Source: a virus
Taxonomy: Duplodnaviria > Heunggongvirae > Uroviricota > Caudoviricetes
DNA: 42,273 bases
Virus record (IMG/VR): IMGVR_UViG_2908959467_000004
Direction: 5' to 3' (one strand)
In this document: one piece after another, positions 9,449 through 19,975 of the stretch
Position numbering within the stretch: the first letter of the stretch is position 1
Layout of the letters: every line of letters begins with the position of its first letter
Notes under the pieces: generated by a model
The model's input: the letters and a program-made list of their open reading frames with translations, nothing else
Database searches by the model: none
What the model was told of the DNA's origin: nothing
Made by a program: the position numbers and the translations under genes

Positions 9449-10035
9449 TAGCCGCCCCCCAGTAATGACGCCACGTTACCCGTGATGCTTTTCAGCAGTG
9501 AATTATCTGGAGGCTTTATGGTTTTGTTGCCGCTATTCTGTACCGCCGACGTGCTGGCCCCTTCCTTCATGTTGGTTTTATCCGCGACGGTAATCTGCTG
9601 TGTCCGGGAGATAAGGACCTCCCTCAGGGTGAGGACGGCGGACAGGACGTTTTCGGTTGTCTTGTCCGTCGTCACTTCCAGCGCCCGGATCAACATGTTG
9701 CTGTACAGTCGTTTACCGGTTACCACATCGAAGGGGATACGGCTTTCCTGCAGATCCAGTAGCTCCTGATACGTCTGCTGAGGACTCAGGCCGAGCAGGC
9801 TGGTAGCCGTCAGATTACTGGCAAAATCCAGCAATGCGCCGCCACCGGCGAAACCAACCTCCATCACCACTTCTGACGGTTTTTTATAGGCATGATCAGC
9901 GACAGCGGCCCCGACTTCTACCGGATGCTCGGTTATTTCAAGCATATCTGTATGCTTCTCTGAAATAACAACACTGGGAACAATCATTCCTATTTTTCTG
10001 CTCTGCTGATGAAAAAGTGTAGAGAGAATATCCAC
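9448..10035 (-). CDS. tail-associated protein immediately downstream of the tape measure
   Basis: 195 aa; start overlaps the tape measure stop. Confidence 0.4.
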   Translation of the reverse strand: MDILSTLFHQQSRKIGMIVPSVVISEKHTDMLEITEHPVEVGAAVADHAYKKPSEVVMEVGFAGGGALLDFASNLTATSLLGLSPQQTYQELLDLQESRIPFDVVTGKRLYSNMLIRALEVTTDKTTENVLSAVLTLREVLISRTQQITVADKTNMKEGASTSAVQNSGNKTIKPPDNSLLKSITGNVASLLGGG

Positions 10036-12023
10036 TAACTCACCCTCACCTGATTACTTCGCATGACCTGAGCATTTGCAGACTGTTGCCGACGTGCAAC
10101 TTCATTACCGACAACGTGCGGATCTCCGCCACCGTAAATGTGGTAGGTATTTTGCTGGTTAACCTCTGTCACTTTGCCACTAATTCCCGCCACGGCAGCC
10201 TTATTAATCAGCTCTTGAGAATAGATATTTCTTCCATTTTCATGCTGGATAATGCTGCTCATCAATGCTGACATGGTTTGCGGATCGCTCATATTCAGGG
10301 CAGCCCGGGGATCCACTCCCAGTCGTTGCGATACAGCCCTGATATACGCAGTTGTGTTGTTATTATCAGACGCAGGCGCCCAGGTAGAGATAATTTTCTC
10401 CACGCTGTTTATTCCACGTCCGGCGTACAACATTAACTGACGAGCAAGAGCCCGTAATCCATCAAAGGCAGTTTCGAATCTGGCAAATCGCCCGCCCGGG
10501 CGTTCAAGAGAAGCCCCCGCCTGACCAGCAAAATTAAGGTTTCCCGGATTGTTATTCCGTTCTCCTCGTTTCGTAGCCTGTGCATGTTGTTCCGGCTCAT
10601 CATCACCAAACCAGCCGCGTACCGTCCGGCCCACACTGCGGGGATCGAATCCCCAGTGCTCTTTAATCCAGTCGGCAGTACTGTTAGCGCTGTCTGTAAC
10701 CATCGGCATCGCTGACGGATTTTCGCTGCCCTGATTAAGTATCTGTTTGCCGATGCTGACGGCATCAGCCCAGCGGCCATCTTTGATAGCGTTGAGCAGG
10801 TCGGCGATCATGTTCAGCATTTTGCTGAATTCGCCCATCTGGTCGATGAAGTTGCTGAAATCCCACTTCAGGGACCATGATTTGGGGTCAATATTGAGTA
10901 GTTTCGCCAGCGCTTTCGCCAGGTCGTTAACGGTCGTTTTAAGGTCACGAACCATCTTCAGCGCGGCATCGACCTCCGGTTTCCACTTGCCCCAGTCAAT
11001 CAGGCTGTCGCCGCCTTCCTTCCAGGTCTGATAGTCCTCCCACAGGAGGGCAATACCCGCCGCCAGCGCGGTAATGAGGCCAATCGGCGACATCCAGAAC
11101 GTACTGTTCAGAATGCGCAGCGCAATCGTCAGTGCGCCAAACAGCGAGATCAACTCCCGCGTTTGCTTATCCAGCGATTGCCACCAGGTGATGAGGCTTG
11201 ATGTTCCTTCAATCAGTCTGAAGAACAGCCGCCCGATAATATCCCCGAGCGCCAGAATGCCTTTTATGGCTTTCGTCAGGGTCTGCTCGATACGAGGGAA
11301 GTTGTCCAGGATATGGCGGCGCAGGGTGTCCAGCGAACCCGCAAGCCCACCCGCAAGATTAGAGCCGATTTTGTCACGGGCCATGCCTGCCATCGCGCCA
11401 AACTCACGCAGGGAGGTCATAAATTTGTTGGAGCTTCTGGCCGCCTCGTCAGCATTGAAGCCGATAGCTTTCGCCATTGCGCTGTACTGCCCGGAGAAGC
11501 CACCCACACCCCGGCGCATCGCCATAAGGGTATTTTCGTCAATGCCCAGCATCTGCGCATACTGGTTAGCCCGGTAATACGGCATGCCGCTGAGCTTCTG
11601 GCCTACACTTGTAAAAATAGCGGCCATGTCACGCATGTTACCGCTGGCATCCCGTGTCTGTACCCCCAGGCGATTCAGAAATCCCTCTGCCCCGGGATTG
11701 TTACGAATAAACCGGGAGAGGCTTTCCAGAGAAGATCGCGCAGCGTCCACGCTGCCGCCAACCTGTGAAACCGCATAGCCAATAGACTGAATTCCCTGGA
11801 CTGTCGCGCCAGTGCGCTGTGACGCCCAGTAAAGATTATCCAGGCCGGAGGCAATCTTAGCCGTAAAGGCCACCACGGACAGTGCAGCTCCTTCAACGGC
11901 CAACCCCATTTTGATGACATTTGCAGTTGTCCCGGCGAGGACAGAACCGAATTTTTTTGCTCCAGCATCATCCACACTGAAGCCAAGCGAGACGAGGAAA
12001 TCTTTAATAGTTTCAGCGTTCAT
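10035..12023 (-). CDS. tail tape measure protein
   Basis: ~660 aa; long Ala/Gly-rich helical protein between tail chaperone and baseplate genes; ATG at 12023 has a strong SD (GGAGAGAGG); an in-frame ATG at 12044 is an alternative start. Confidence 0.8.
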   Translation of the reverse strand: MNAETIKDFLVSLGFSVDDAGAKKFGSVLAGTTANVIKMGLAVEGAALSVVAFTAKIASGLDNLYWASQRTGATVQGIQSIGYAVSQVGGSVDAARSSLESLSRFIRNNPGAEGFLNRLGVQTRDASGNMRDMAAIFTSVGQKLSGMPYYRANQYAQMLGIDENTLMAMRRGVGGFSGQYSAMAKAIGFNADEAARSSNKFMTSLREFGAMAGMARDKIGSNLAGGLAGSLDTLRRHILDNFPRIEQTLTKAIKGILALGDIIGRLFFRLIEGTSSLITWWQSLDKQTRELISLFGALTIALRILNSTFWMSPIGLITALAAGIALLWEDYQTWKEGGDSLIDWGKWKPEVDAALKMVRDLKTTVNDLAKALAKLLNIDPKSWSLKWDFSNFIDQMGEFSKMLNMIADLLNAIKDGRWADAVSIGKQILNQGSENPSAMPMVTDSANSTADWIKEHWGFDPRSVGRTVRGWFGDDEPEQHAQATKRGERNNNPGNLNFAGQAGASLERPGGRFARFETAFDGLRALARQLMLYAGRGINSVEKIISTWAPASDNNNTTAYIRAVSQRLGVDPRAALNMSDPQTMSALMSSIIQHENGRNIYSQELINKAAVAGISGKVTEVNQQNTYHIYGGGDPHVVGNEVARRQQSANAQVMRSNQVRVS

Positions 12024-12200
12024 TATCCTCTCTCCATTTCTCAATGCGCCGCTGGTTATCCGCTTTTACCGCCAGATGGTCATTCAAGAGAGCAATATCG
12101 TACAAATCGACAGAGCCATCTTTAAGTGCTGTATAAGGAATTAACCCGGCGTCAACCGGATTGAGAAGGTAGGACAGCCCGTCCGGCAGGCTGTTAAACG

Positions 12201-12653
12201 TCAGCCCTGTTGCAGGCTCTGCGTCGTGCTGGTAAGGGATGTAGGCAAAAAATTTCCCAGCGAATTGGCGACCACCCGCGCCACCAGCTGCAGCATGACC
12301 AGCAAGTCAATATCATCAAACATCAGTTCGCCCTGGGTAAATACCGGCACCCATCCGTCCATATGACGCCGCGATACCACCGCAAGACAGGGATGAATAA
12401 TCGCATCGGTGTCATCTTCGGTCAGGGAAGACAATTCCTCAGCGATACGCGGGAGCATGGTTTCAAACACCGGTTTTAACTGCTCGAATTTCACGGTGTC
12501 GATTTTGCCGTCAGCAGGCAAACGGGAGCGAATGCTCCCGAAATCTGACATCATTCCTGCCAGCACCGGCAGAAGTTTGCGGGTCACTTTCAGCTGGTCA
12601 AAAACGCTGAGTTTTGCCGCGCGATATTTCACGCCTTTGATTTCGAATTCCAT
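12201..12653 (-). CDS. tail assembly chaperone
   Basis: 150 aa; acidic protein between tail tube and tape measure genes. Confidence 0.55.
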   Translation of the reverse strand: MEFEIKGVKYRAAKLSVFDQLKVTRKLLPVLAGMMSDFGSIRSRLPADGKIDTVKFEQLKPVFETMLPRIAEELSSLTEDDTDAIIHPCLAVVSRRHMDGWVPVFTQGELMFDDIDLLVMLQLVARVVANSLGNFLPTSLTSTTQSLQQG

Positions 12654-12656
12654 GTA

Positions 12657-13097
12657 TTAAAACTCCCCGAGAACCTGGTCAATCTTGCCGCAGTCAAACA
12701 CCCACGGCATCGTATTACCGGTTTTAGCGTTGGCATTATCCGGTTGTTTCTGGAACGCAACACTACGTGCCGTGATGATGTCGCCGCTGACCTTGTTTCG
12801 GATCACAATAACGTTATTCCCCCATGTGGCAGAAGACTGGCTCTGTGCGTTATACGCCAGCGACAATTTTTTATTTGTCGGTGATGTCTTCAGAAGGTTA
12901 ACGGTAATCGTCCCGCTTTTATCTGCATGGAGACTGTGCATCACTTCGCCATCAGCACCGATGGTCATGGTGTTTTTAGGACCGCCCATCGCAACCACAA
13001 TCCCCTCTTCAGAACTTGCCGAACCGTACCCGAGGTCAATCGAACCGGTCGGCCCGGTCAGCGTCGCAGTGACATCCATAAAAGAATAGGTAGACAT
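12657..13097 (-). CDS. tail tube protein
   Basis: 146 aa; directly downstream of the sheath-like gene. Confidence 0.6.
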   Translation of the reverse strand: MSTYSFMDVTATLTGPTGSIDLGYGSASSEEGIVVAMGGPKNTMTIGADGEVMHSLHADKSGTITVNLLKTSPTNKKLSLAYNAQSQSSATWGNNVIVIRNKVSGDIITARSVAFQKQPDNANAKTGNTMPWVFDCGKIDQVLGEF

Positions 13098-13107
13098 TCA
13101 CTTCCCC

Positions 13108-14253
13108 TTAGCGAACAACGTTAATCTGTACGTCAGCGTAATGAACCGCGCCTGCAAGTTTTATTGCAGCCTGAATCACCGGAGCCTTACGGGCTTCACG
13201 TTCTGATTGTGCCTGTTCATTCAGCGGCTGGGCATATACGTAATAACCTTTGGGCAGTGTGTCACCTGATGACAGCTGACCAAGGTCGCCCCCGTTCCAT
13301 ACGCCCGGAGCAATCAGTCCATTCTGAACGGCCTGATCCAGTGATTTTTCAACATTTGATAACAGTCGGGTAATACCGGCTTCAGTCTGGGGAACTTTCG
13401 TGGTGCTGGTATAAAGCAGGTTATAGAGGTTGGTCTGCACATAATTCTGTAACCAGTCCAGGCCGTGGCGTTCATCAAAGAAATCGCCGTTAGCCATCAC
13501 TCCCTGCTGGAGGATAGCTGTATCATTCTGGTAGTACACGAACACATTGCAGTTTTTTGCATCAAGTGCCGATGCCTGGCTGACTGTCAGTGTTTCATAC
13601 CCGACACCCGGCTCCTGCTTAAACTTGAGCGTAATCGCGGTATTACTGCCATTGAAATTAACCGTGAATGCCCGGCCAAATGCAGATAACGCAGCGTATT
13701 TATTACCCGATGAATACTGAATAAAACTGCGTGAATATCCGGCGGTTTTCAGTTTTGATGCCAAATCATCGCTGGATGCAGTCTGCAGGCATTTCTCATC
13801 GCTTGTCGTAATCGCCAGAATACGGCTTACAGAAGAGGATTCGATCGCCGCAGCCACTTTCAGCCAGTCTGCATCCGGAATATCTTCATCGTCTGCAATC
13901 CCCAGCCCATACCATGAAGTATAATCGAGCATGGCATTCACAGCCTGCTCCAGCGTCTCAGGCGTGGCCTGTTCGCTGTCTCCCTTCGTTTTCACCCAAC
14001 GACCAACAAAAACCTCCTGAGGTTTCGGTGATTGTGAGAAAAACACCTGCGCAGCCTTATATTCTGGTGATTCCACGCCAAAATCTTTTCCAATATCTTC
14101 CGCGGCAGAATAACGGCGAATGCGCTCACTTACCGGAATGATTGTGGACGGGCCGAGAATGAGTAATGCACCAAAATTTCGCCCTGATGCTGCACGCGGC
14201 GACATGATCACATCAACATTAACAACGTTTGATACAGGCAAGCCCTGTGCCAT
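13108..14253 (-). CDS. tail sheath-like protein
   Basis: 381 aa; precedes tube and chaperone, the conserved sheath-tube-chaperone-tape measure order of contractile tails. Confidence 0.55.
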   Translation of the reverse strand: MAQGLPVSNVVNVDVIMSPRAASGRNFGALLILGPSTIIPVSERIRRYSAAEDIGKDFGVESPEYKAAQVFFSQSPKPQEVFVGRWVKTKGDSEQATPETLEQAVNAMLDYTSWYGLGIADDEDIPDADWLKVAAAIESSSVSRILAITTSDEKCLQTASSDDLASKLKTAGYSRSFIQYSSGNKYAALSAFGRAFTVNFNGSNTAITLKFKQEPGVGYETLTVSQASALDAKNCNVFVYYQNDTAILQQGVMANGDFFDERHGLDWLQNYVQTNLYNLLYTSTTKVPQTEAGITRLLSNVEKSLDQAVQNGLIAPGVWNGGDLGQLSSGDTLPKGYYVYAQPLNEQAQSEREARKAPVIQAAIKLAGAVHYADVQINVVR

Positions 14254-14256
14254 AGC

Positions 14257-14865
14257 TTAATCTCCGAAAAAGATGACTGGTGCTTCCACCAGCGATTTAA
14301 TACCGTACTCGCGCACAACCTTCCGGCGCAGACGCACCGTCATATCGTAGCGGCGGACCCATTGCTGATTAATAAGTTCAGGGAAGGGAGTCAGACCTGT
14401 GTAATCGCCAAGAGACAGCCCCAGCGCATTCAGTGCTGCGTTGTTCTGCGGTACAGATATACCGTCACGAAACCGGGACGCATACACCATCCCCGCCGGA
14501 CCATAAAACGAAGCCATACACTCAATCGTTTCATGCCGCCAGAGCTGAGAGCCATCATCGGTCTGTCTGGTGAATGCCGGACTGTCATCACCTGACCATC
14601 CGATAACCCCAAACGCACACCAGTTCGTTTCAGCCGGTAGCAGTGGCGGTTGCTCTTTCTGCCAGCGCGGACGAACCATCCCGGCAGACAGACCGGAAAC
14701 GTTACGCATCCACTGGCTTAACAGCCTGTCGAGCGCTTCGTCATAATCCGGATCGCCACTGGTTGGTATCAGCCATCCGCGCTCTGTGCTGGTGTTATTG
14801 CTCAACCGGAATTCCCCCATCAAACGGCAGCAACTCACAATGCGCCTGAACGAATCCGGCACCAT
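14257..14865 (-). CDS. virion structural protein (start uncertain)
   Basis: 202-aa ORF overlapping the upstream gene by ~70 nt; internal ATG at 14820 is an alternative start. Confidence 0.4.
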   Translation of the reverse strand: MVPDSFRRIVSCCRLMGEFRLSNNTSTERGWLIPTSGDPDYDEALDRLLSQWMRNVSGLSAGMVRPRWQKEQPPLLPAETNWCAFGVIGWSGDDSPAFTRQTDDGSQLWRHETIECMASFYGPAGMVYASRFRDGISVPQNNAALNALGLSLGDYTGLTPFPELINQQWVRRYDMTVRLRRKVVREYGIKSLVEAPVIFFGD

Positions 14866-15184
14866 ACGCTGTATACGGGTCGACGAAAGTCACACGATAA
14901 TCACGGCCCTGATACGTCACGATATCGGCATCACGGCCAGTCTGTCCCTGCGTCAGTCGCTCAGTCGTCACAATCAGAATTGCACCACTGATTACCTGCC
15001 CGGCCTGCATACGACGGTTTTCCAGAGAGCGATCAACAGTTACGACTCCGGCAAACTGCTTTTTAACTTCGCTGTCGCTGCCGATCCCGTCCTCATCCAC
15101 CGTTTGCACACGGCGTGTTACCCACAAATTGAAGTCGCAAAAATCGGGGTCAAAAAGCACATCTGTTACATCAAGAGTCGGCAT
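14795..15184 (-). CDS. virion structural protein (head-tail connector region)
   Basis: 129 aa; in the operon between head and tail genes. Confidence 0.4.
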   Translation of the reverse strand: MPTLDVTDVLFDPDFCDFNLWVTRRVQTVDEDGIGSDSEVKKQFAGVVTVDRSLENRRMQAGQVISGAILIVTTERLTQGQTGRDADIVTYQGRDYRVTFVDPYTAYGAGFVQAHCELLPFDGGIPVEQ

Positions 15185-15725
15185 TTTTATCCCTCACAAC
15201 ATGGGTAATCGCTCTGCGATATTGCCCGGTGTCAATTAATGGTTTCGCCAGTTCGGTTCCCGGGGATTCGCCAGCAGCACGCCGGGCAAGTTCCAGTGTT
15301 GCCCCCTTGCGCCCCCGACGAGCCCGGGCTTCAACAGTACTGTCAGCAAGCGGCGTAAAGCCGGTAATGGTCATGTAACGCCTGACGCCATTAGCGGCCA
15401 GTGTTCCGGCACGGTTGAGTGCGCGTTCTGCTCCCGCAGCATTACCATCAAGTGCAGCCTGCGCCGCGGCTTTGAGCTGCGGCACCGTCTGCTCTTCTGC
15501 CGATTTAACGCCGGGGACCAGGTGAGGTCGTGGCGGGATGTTCTGCTCTGGTGAGCCGTATTCGTTGAGGTAACCGATGCCCGCATTACCAAACGGAACA
15601 TCATCCCGCCCGCTGTCTTCCGAAGGGATGCCGACCAGCACATCTTTTTTGGTTAACGACCTGAGCGCATCCAGAATGGCCTTAGTGTTATCCACCCTCG
15701 TTGTTACACCGCTTTTGAAACTCAT
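15171..15725 (-). CDS. virion morphogenesis protein (possibly Mu G-like)
   Basis: 184 aa; position between capsid and tail genes. Confidence 0.4.
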   Translation of the reverse strand: MSFKSGVTTRVDNTKAILDALRSLTKKDVLVGIPSEDSGRDDVPFGNAGIGYLNEYGSPEQNIPPRPHLVPGVKSAEEQTVPQLKAAAQAALDGNAAGAERALNRAGTLAANGVRRYMTITGFTPLADSTVEARARRGRKGATLELARRAAGESPGTELAKPLIDTGQYRRAITHVVRDKNADS

Positions 15726-16129
15726 AGCTGGCGACCGCCTGCACCGAACATCGTGATCAACTGATAAAATTCAGCGCCATATCGGGTGTTATTCCAGAAA
15801 CCTGCATCAGGATTCAGCGTCGCGCTGGTGTCATAGCTGACGCTTACCTTGTCAACGGACTTTGAGGACTGAACACCATTGGTTGAACCGCCCGGACCAC
15901 CAGCCAGAATAGCCCGGCTGTCTGCCGCCCAGAGCGTCATGTAATGCGCAACGAACAACCCGGCAAAGTACGGAAACAACTTTTTGCCGGTGACATTTTC
16001 GCTCAGCAGTTCATCGGCCAGATTCAGACGGAACCCGATTTGGGCGTCGGGATATTTTGCCGGGTCAGCAAACTGCGGGAAGTCGCGGCGAAAATCACTT
16101 ACCGCTGGCAGACTTTGATTCTTTGGCAT
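15722..16129 (-). CDS. virion structural protein
   Basis: ATG at 16129 chosen over the ORF-track start at 16213 because the latter overlaps the upstream gene extensively. Confidence 0.4.
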   Translation of the reverse strand: MPKNQSLPAVSDFRRDFPQFADPAKYPDAQIGFRLNLADELLSENVTGKKLFPYFAGLFVAHYMTLWAADSRAILAGGPGGSTNGVQSSKSVDKVSVSYDTSATLNPDAGFWNNTRYGAEFYQLITMFGAGGRQL

Positions 16130-16463
16130 CTTTAGCCCCATTACCGCCAGTCCGGGCGGCAGTAATCTGCGCCTGCAGGCTATCGTTCTGCTCCTGCAGT
16201 TTGAGCAATGCATCTTTCAGATCGGCAATCAGCTTATCTTTGTCGGCAATCTGCGCTTGCAGGCCGTCGATAATGGGTTGCAGATCATCGGTGTCGCTAA
16301 TCACGCTTTCGGAAATTTCAGAGTGCGCCTGGGTGAACCAGTGCGACGCGACCTCTTCCGGTACGTTATGTCGTCCCCGGCCAAACTCCTGTTTTGACTG
16401 ATCGCCGAGCGTCAGCGTAAACGGGGTGTGAACATGGATGGTAACCAGTTTTTCTTTCGCCAT
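16095..16463 (-). CDS. small coiled-coil head-associated protein
   Basis: 122 aa from ATG at 16463 with SD AAGGAAA; C-terminal heptad-like region [33 protein letters not shown]. Confidence 0.45.
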   Translation of the reverse strand: MAKEKLVTIHVHTPFTLTLGDQSKQEFGRGRHNVPEEVASHWFTQAHSEISESVISDTDDLQPIIDGLQAQIADKDKLIADLKDALLKLQEQNDSLQAQITAARTGGNGAKDAKESKSASGK

Positions 16464-16503
16464 TTCAGTTTCCTTCAGGCCCCTTTCGGGGCCATTCTGG
16501 TTA

Positions 16504-17445
16504 TCAGATACCGTCCACATAGGACAGAGTTTCTTTATACACTGGCTCGACTGCACCCAGCTTGCCGTAGTAAGTGACGATCTGATACAGACCGCGATAC
16601 TGCACCGGCACGCTCTGAAGCGGAACCAGCGGGTAACGGACGTATTTTTTATCGTTGGTGTACGCAATCATGCGATCCTTATTCCCCACACCACGGCCTT
16701 TCAGCCATTTAACCGCGCGGATATTCAGCGGAACACCGTTCTGGTGATAGCTGATGGTGTTGGTCTGAAGGTACGTCAACAGGGACTGGTTACCCGCAGA
16801 TGAAACGATGATGCTGGACAACAGAGCAAACTGCTCAGGCGGGATCAGCAAATCACGCGGAACCACAGAGTAACCAGAAGCGGCCCACGCATCAGACAGC
16901 ACCTGGTTAATACTTGCGCGGATTTCGTCCGGTGTTGAGGTTGCCCACGTTTTGGCAGCGTTGTTGACAGGCACGCCGTCCAGGGTAACAAGGCCTTTCA
17001 GGTTTAATGCGGAATCGCCAACATATACCTGTTCATCGTTATCCATCTGCCATTTCAGTTGCATCCCGTCATACTTCTGCGTATCAATCGGGCGGCCGAC
17101 CTGCTGAGCAGCCTGCAATTCTATGACCGTCCAGCCAAGTTCCATCCCCCACAGGTTCAGCGGGTTACCGGATTTGCCGGTATCCACGTTCACGCCAGCA
17201 ATAGCGGTTGAGTCTTTGCCTACCCAGTTTTTGCCATTCGGATTTGCACCAGTACCCGCAGCGGCGAAGCTGGTATTCGTCCAGCTGGAAATGTCATCTG
17301 CGATGGAGACATCTTCACGCAGTTGAATATCGCGGGTCCAGGTGTACCCCACCAGTGGCAGGTTCAGCGTCTGGTCGAGTCGCTCCAGCTCCCCGATGAG
17401 AAAGGCACCAGAGCTGTCAACGGTTGCCTGATCAAAAGTAATCAT
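16504..17445 (-). CDS. major capsid protein (Mu gpT-like)
   Basis: 313 aa; follows the scaffold/protease-like gene; size and position match a major head subunit. Confidence 0.65.
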   Translation of the reverse strand: MITFDQATVDSSGAFLIGELERLDQTLNLPLVGYTWTRDIQLREDVSIADDISSWTNTSFAAAGTGANPNGKNWVGKDSTAIAGVNVDTGKSGNPLNLWGMELGWTVIELQAAQQVGRPIDTQKYDGMQLKWQMDNDEQVYVGDSALNLKGLVTLDGVPVNNAAKTWATSTPDEIRASINQVLSDAWAASGYSVVPRDLLIPPEQFALLSSIIVSSAGNQSLLTYLQTNTISYHQNGVPLNIRAVKWLKGRGVGNKDRMIAYTNDKKYVRYPLVPLQSVPVQYRGLYQIVTYYGKLGAVEPVYKETLSYVDGI

Positions 17446-17456
17446 TCGTCTGTTCC

Positions 17457-17963
17457 TTAAATCTTCCAGGAAATTTCTGCATTGCCGTTAGCATCACCGG
17501 CACCTGTGAATTCAGCGTTGGTCAGCACCACGTTTTTGCCACTGACTGACGTGGACATGAATCCACCCAGCGGCACTTTGATGGATTCATCAGTGGAGAC
17601 GACAACGTATACCGGGTCGCCTTTTTTGATGGTGCTGGCATCAAAATCAGAACCGAGATTAACGGTCACGTAGCCACGCTTCATGGCGTCGCCCGGGAAG
17701 TTCTTGCCACTCCCCACCTGGCGAACCATGTCCGGCTGCGAAGTGGTCGGATAAGGGCGCACGTAGATCCCCTTCACCTTGTCTGCGGTATCACCATCTG
17801 CCAGCGGCACGAAAAAACCGTCATCATCGTATTTACCAGCCAGCCCATAGGCAGCGAAGGCGTTATCGGATTTAAGGACCACCGGTTCGACGGTTAAGTC
17901 CTGTGGGCGAGAGACAGCCCCGGCAATGCCAACAGGCATCCGGTACAGAAATACATTATTCAT
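17457..17963 (-). CDS. capsid-associated protein (possible decoration/scaffold)
   Basis: 168 aa; directly upstream of the major capsid gene. Confidence 0.4.
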   Translation of the reverse strand: MNNVFLYRMPVGIAGAVSRPQDLTVEPVVLKSDNAFAAYGLAGKYDDDGFFVPLADGDTADKVKGIYVRPYPTTSQPDMVRQVGSGKNFPGDAMKRGYVTVNLGSDFDASTIKKGDPVYVVVSTDESIKVPLGGFMSTSVSGKNVVLTNAEFTGAGDANGNAEISWKI

Positions 17964-17966
17964 TTT

Positions 17967-19187
17967 TTACCCTTTACGGTTTGCCCAGAATTCAGCGTTT
18001 TGTTTGTTCAGGGAAGCGATACTGGTCATGCCCATGTTTGGACGCTGTGCATCGCCGGTGGTGGCGCGGGTGTTTCGCCCTTTGGCAATTTCAGACACGG
18101 CATTAAACGCCATGTCGACCGATTGTTTCGGTAATTTGCGGATATCCGCATCACCGACTATCTGGCGAACCAGCGTTTTGTCAGCAGAAGCCAGAACCTC
18201 GCGTTTGAACGCGGTCGGTTTCATCTTACGGCTCAGATCAATACCAGGAACGATAACTTCGGCACGCCAGGCTGAGTCACCAGTAATCGTGGTTTCCTCT
18301 TCATCGTCCTCGCCGTCACCGGTCGGATTATCGTCAGGCTTATTGTCGTTATCGCCCGTCGCATTTCCTTCCAGCTTAGCCAGCAGGGCTTTCAGTAATG
18401 TTTTGAGGTCATCATCACTGTCGCCGGTTGGACCTCCGCCCATCTCTGGTGCTTTGTCCGGTAGCGGTTGCTGCGGGGACAGGTTGATGTTGAGATTAAC
18501 GCCCTGCGGCAAATCCCCCTCATCTCCTGTAACCGATGCGGGAGCCGACTCCACCAGTTCGTTCATGGTGTCAGCGTCACCCGTTTTGATGGCCGTGCGC
18601 ATGCGGGTCCACCAGCTTTTCTTTTGATTTGCCATTGTGTCTCTGTCTCCAATTGCACAACGATTTCCGGCTCTGCCTTTAGGGACAAGAGCCACATGGT
18701 TTCCGGTAATATCGACCTGCTCGGCTTTACCTGGCTCGGTCTGCTCATACTCCGCGTCATAGCCGCACGACACTTCGCGCAGGCCATCTTCGATAAGCTG
18801 AATGGCGCTTTCGTCTTTGACGATAAGGTCAGCCAGCATCAAATCAGACTGCTCCCCCGTCCCGCGCCGGACATTCTGGAGGTGCCCGACAGCAAGCTCT
18901 TTCCAGTTCTCGGGATTTACCAGCCGCACATTCCCGTTTTCATCTTCAGGATGCAGGATCGTGATGCTCATCCCTTCGAATGAGGCAAGCGTGGCCGGAT
19001 GGAATACCTGCTCAGGAGAACGCGTGACGACTATTTCACCGAACTTATCGGGTTTCAGTTTTGGCAGGTCATCAGCACCATAGAGCTGCTTACCTGTTCG
19101 TCCTATCGGCACGTCTTTGCACAGCAACGAGCCGTCAGCCAGCTGATAGCGGGTTTCCCCCAGCCGGGTATTGAAAAAATATTTCAT
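17967..19187 (-). CDS. prohead protease/scaffold-like protein
   Basis: 406 aa; acidic low-complexity central region (GDSDDDL..DNDNKPDDNPTGDGEDDEEE) typical of scaffold; between Mu-F-like and capsid genes. Confidence 0.5.
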   Translation of the reverse strand: MKYFFNTRLGETRYQLADGSLLCKDVPIGRTGKQLYGADDLPKLKPDKFGEIVVTRSPEQVFHPATLASFEGMSITILHPEDENGNVRLVNPENWKELAVGHLQNVRRGTGEQSDLMLADLIVKDESAIQLIEDGLREVSCGYDAEYEQTEPGKAEQVDITGNHVALVPKGRAGNRCAIGDRDTMANQKKSWWTRMRTAIKTGDADTMNELVESAPASVTGDEGDLPQGVNLNINLSPQQPLPDKAPEMGGGPTGDSDDDLKTLLKALLAKLEGNATGDNDNKPDDNPTGDGEDDEEETTITGDSAWRAEVIVPGIDLSRKMKPTAFKREVLASADKTLVRQIVGDADIRKLPKQSVDMAFNAVSEIAKGRNTRATTGDAQRPNMGMTSIASLNKQNAEFWANRKG

Positions 19188-19201
19188 GTGTTACCTGCGA
19201 T

Positions 19202-19975
19202 TCAGGCGGGATAAGAATGGGAGGTGGGAAAAACGATTTCTTTATAACAGCGACAATTCGGGAACTCGCCAGCGTGACCTGCCATGCCGTCAAGCGTTGG
19301 AGGTTTGCCCCATTCGACAAATTTACCTTCCATTTCCCGATGAGAATGCCTGACGTCACCATCTTCGGCTGTACGCCAGATATAACCATTCGAACCAATT
19401 GACAGCGCACGTGCCTGATCCAGCGCGCCGGTTGCACGTCCAAGTTCAGTACGGGCAATCAGGTCAGCTCTGGACTTTGCTATATCACCCGATGCTGCAA
19501 TTTCTTTAGCAAAATGTTCTGCTCTCCCACCGGTCACAACAGCTTCTATCGCCCGATTCTGGATGTTGTACACCCTGTCAGCCGCCTCGAGGGGGAGCGA
19601 TTTGATGTACTTGACCTGTTCGGCGATGATGGATTGCATCACCTGGCCCACAGGAGCGCTTTCCACAAGATTGCGGAGCTCGCGACTGATGTTCTTGCTG
19701 TGTTGCCGCCAAACTTTCTCGTTCTGCCGGGTCAGGTCCGCAGTAAAGTTTTCCGCGACCTTTGTCGCCCAGGGGGTGATGATTTCACTGTAGCGTTCCA
19801 GCGCCTCAATAATTTCCGTGATACTGTCATTTGAACCATCGTAGCGACCATTTACGATGTCTCCGACCGCCCGCGCTATCCTGCGTAGGCTGGTTCGATA
19901 GCGGATTTCCGCCTGACGGTTCCTGCGGTTCGTCATCAGGTTCGCCGATGCCGGGCGGCGCTTCATCTTCGGCAT
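19202..19975 (-). CDS. head morphogenesis protein (Mu gpF/SPP1 gp7 family)
   Basis: 257 aa; downstream of portal; ORF-track start overlaps the portal 3' end by ~150 nt, so the true start may be internal. Confidence 0.6.
   Translation of the reverse strand: MPKMKRRPASANLMTNRRNRQAEIRYRTSLRRIARAVGDIVNGRYDGSNDSITEIIEALERYSEIITPWATKVAENFTADLTRQNEKVWRQHSKNISRELRNLVESAPVGQVMQSIIAEQVKYIKSLPLEAADRVYNIQNRAIEAVVTGGRAEHFAKEIAASGDIAKSRADLIARTELGRATGALDQARALSIGSNGYIWRTAEDGDVRHSHREMEGKFVEWGKPPTLDGMAGHAGEFPNCRCYKEIVFPTSHSYPA

Noticed and set aside
10086-12144. Multiple 60-170-aa ORFs on the plus strand within the tape measure gene
   Set aside because: All antisense to a long well-supported structural gene; Arg/Ser-rich translations typical of wrong-strand reading.
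17926-18627. 233-aa plus-strand ORF
   Set aside because: Antisense to the scaffold/protease-like gene; Ser/Pro/Arg-rich low-complexity translation typical of a spurious reverse-frame ORF.
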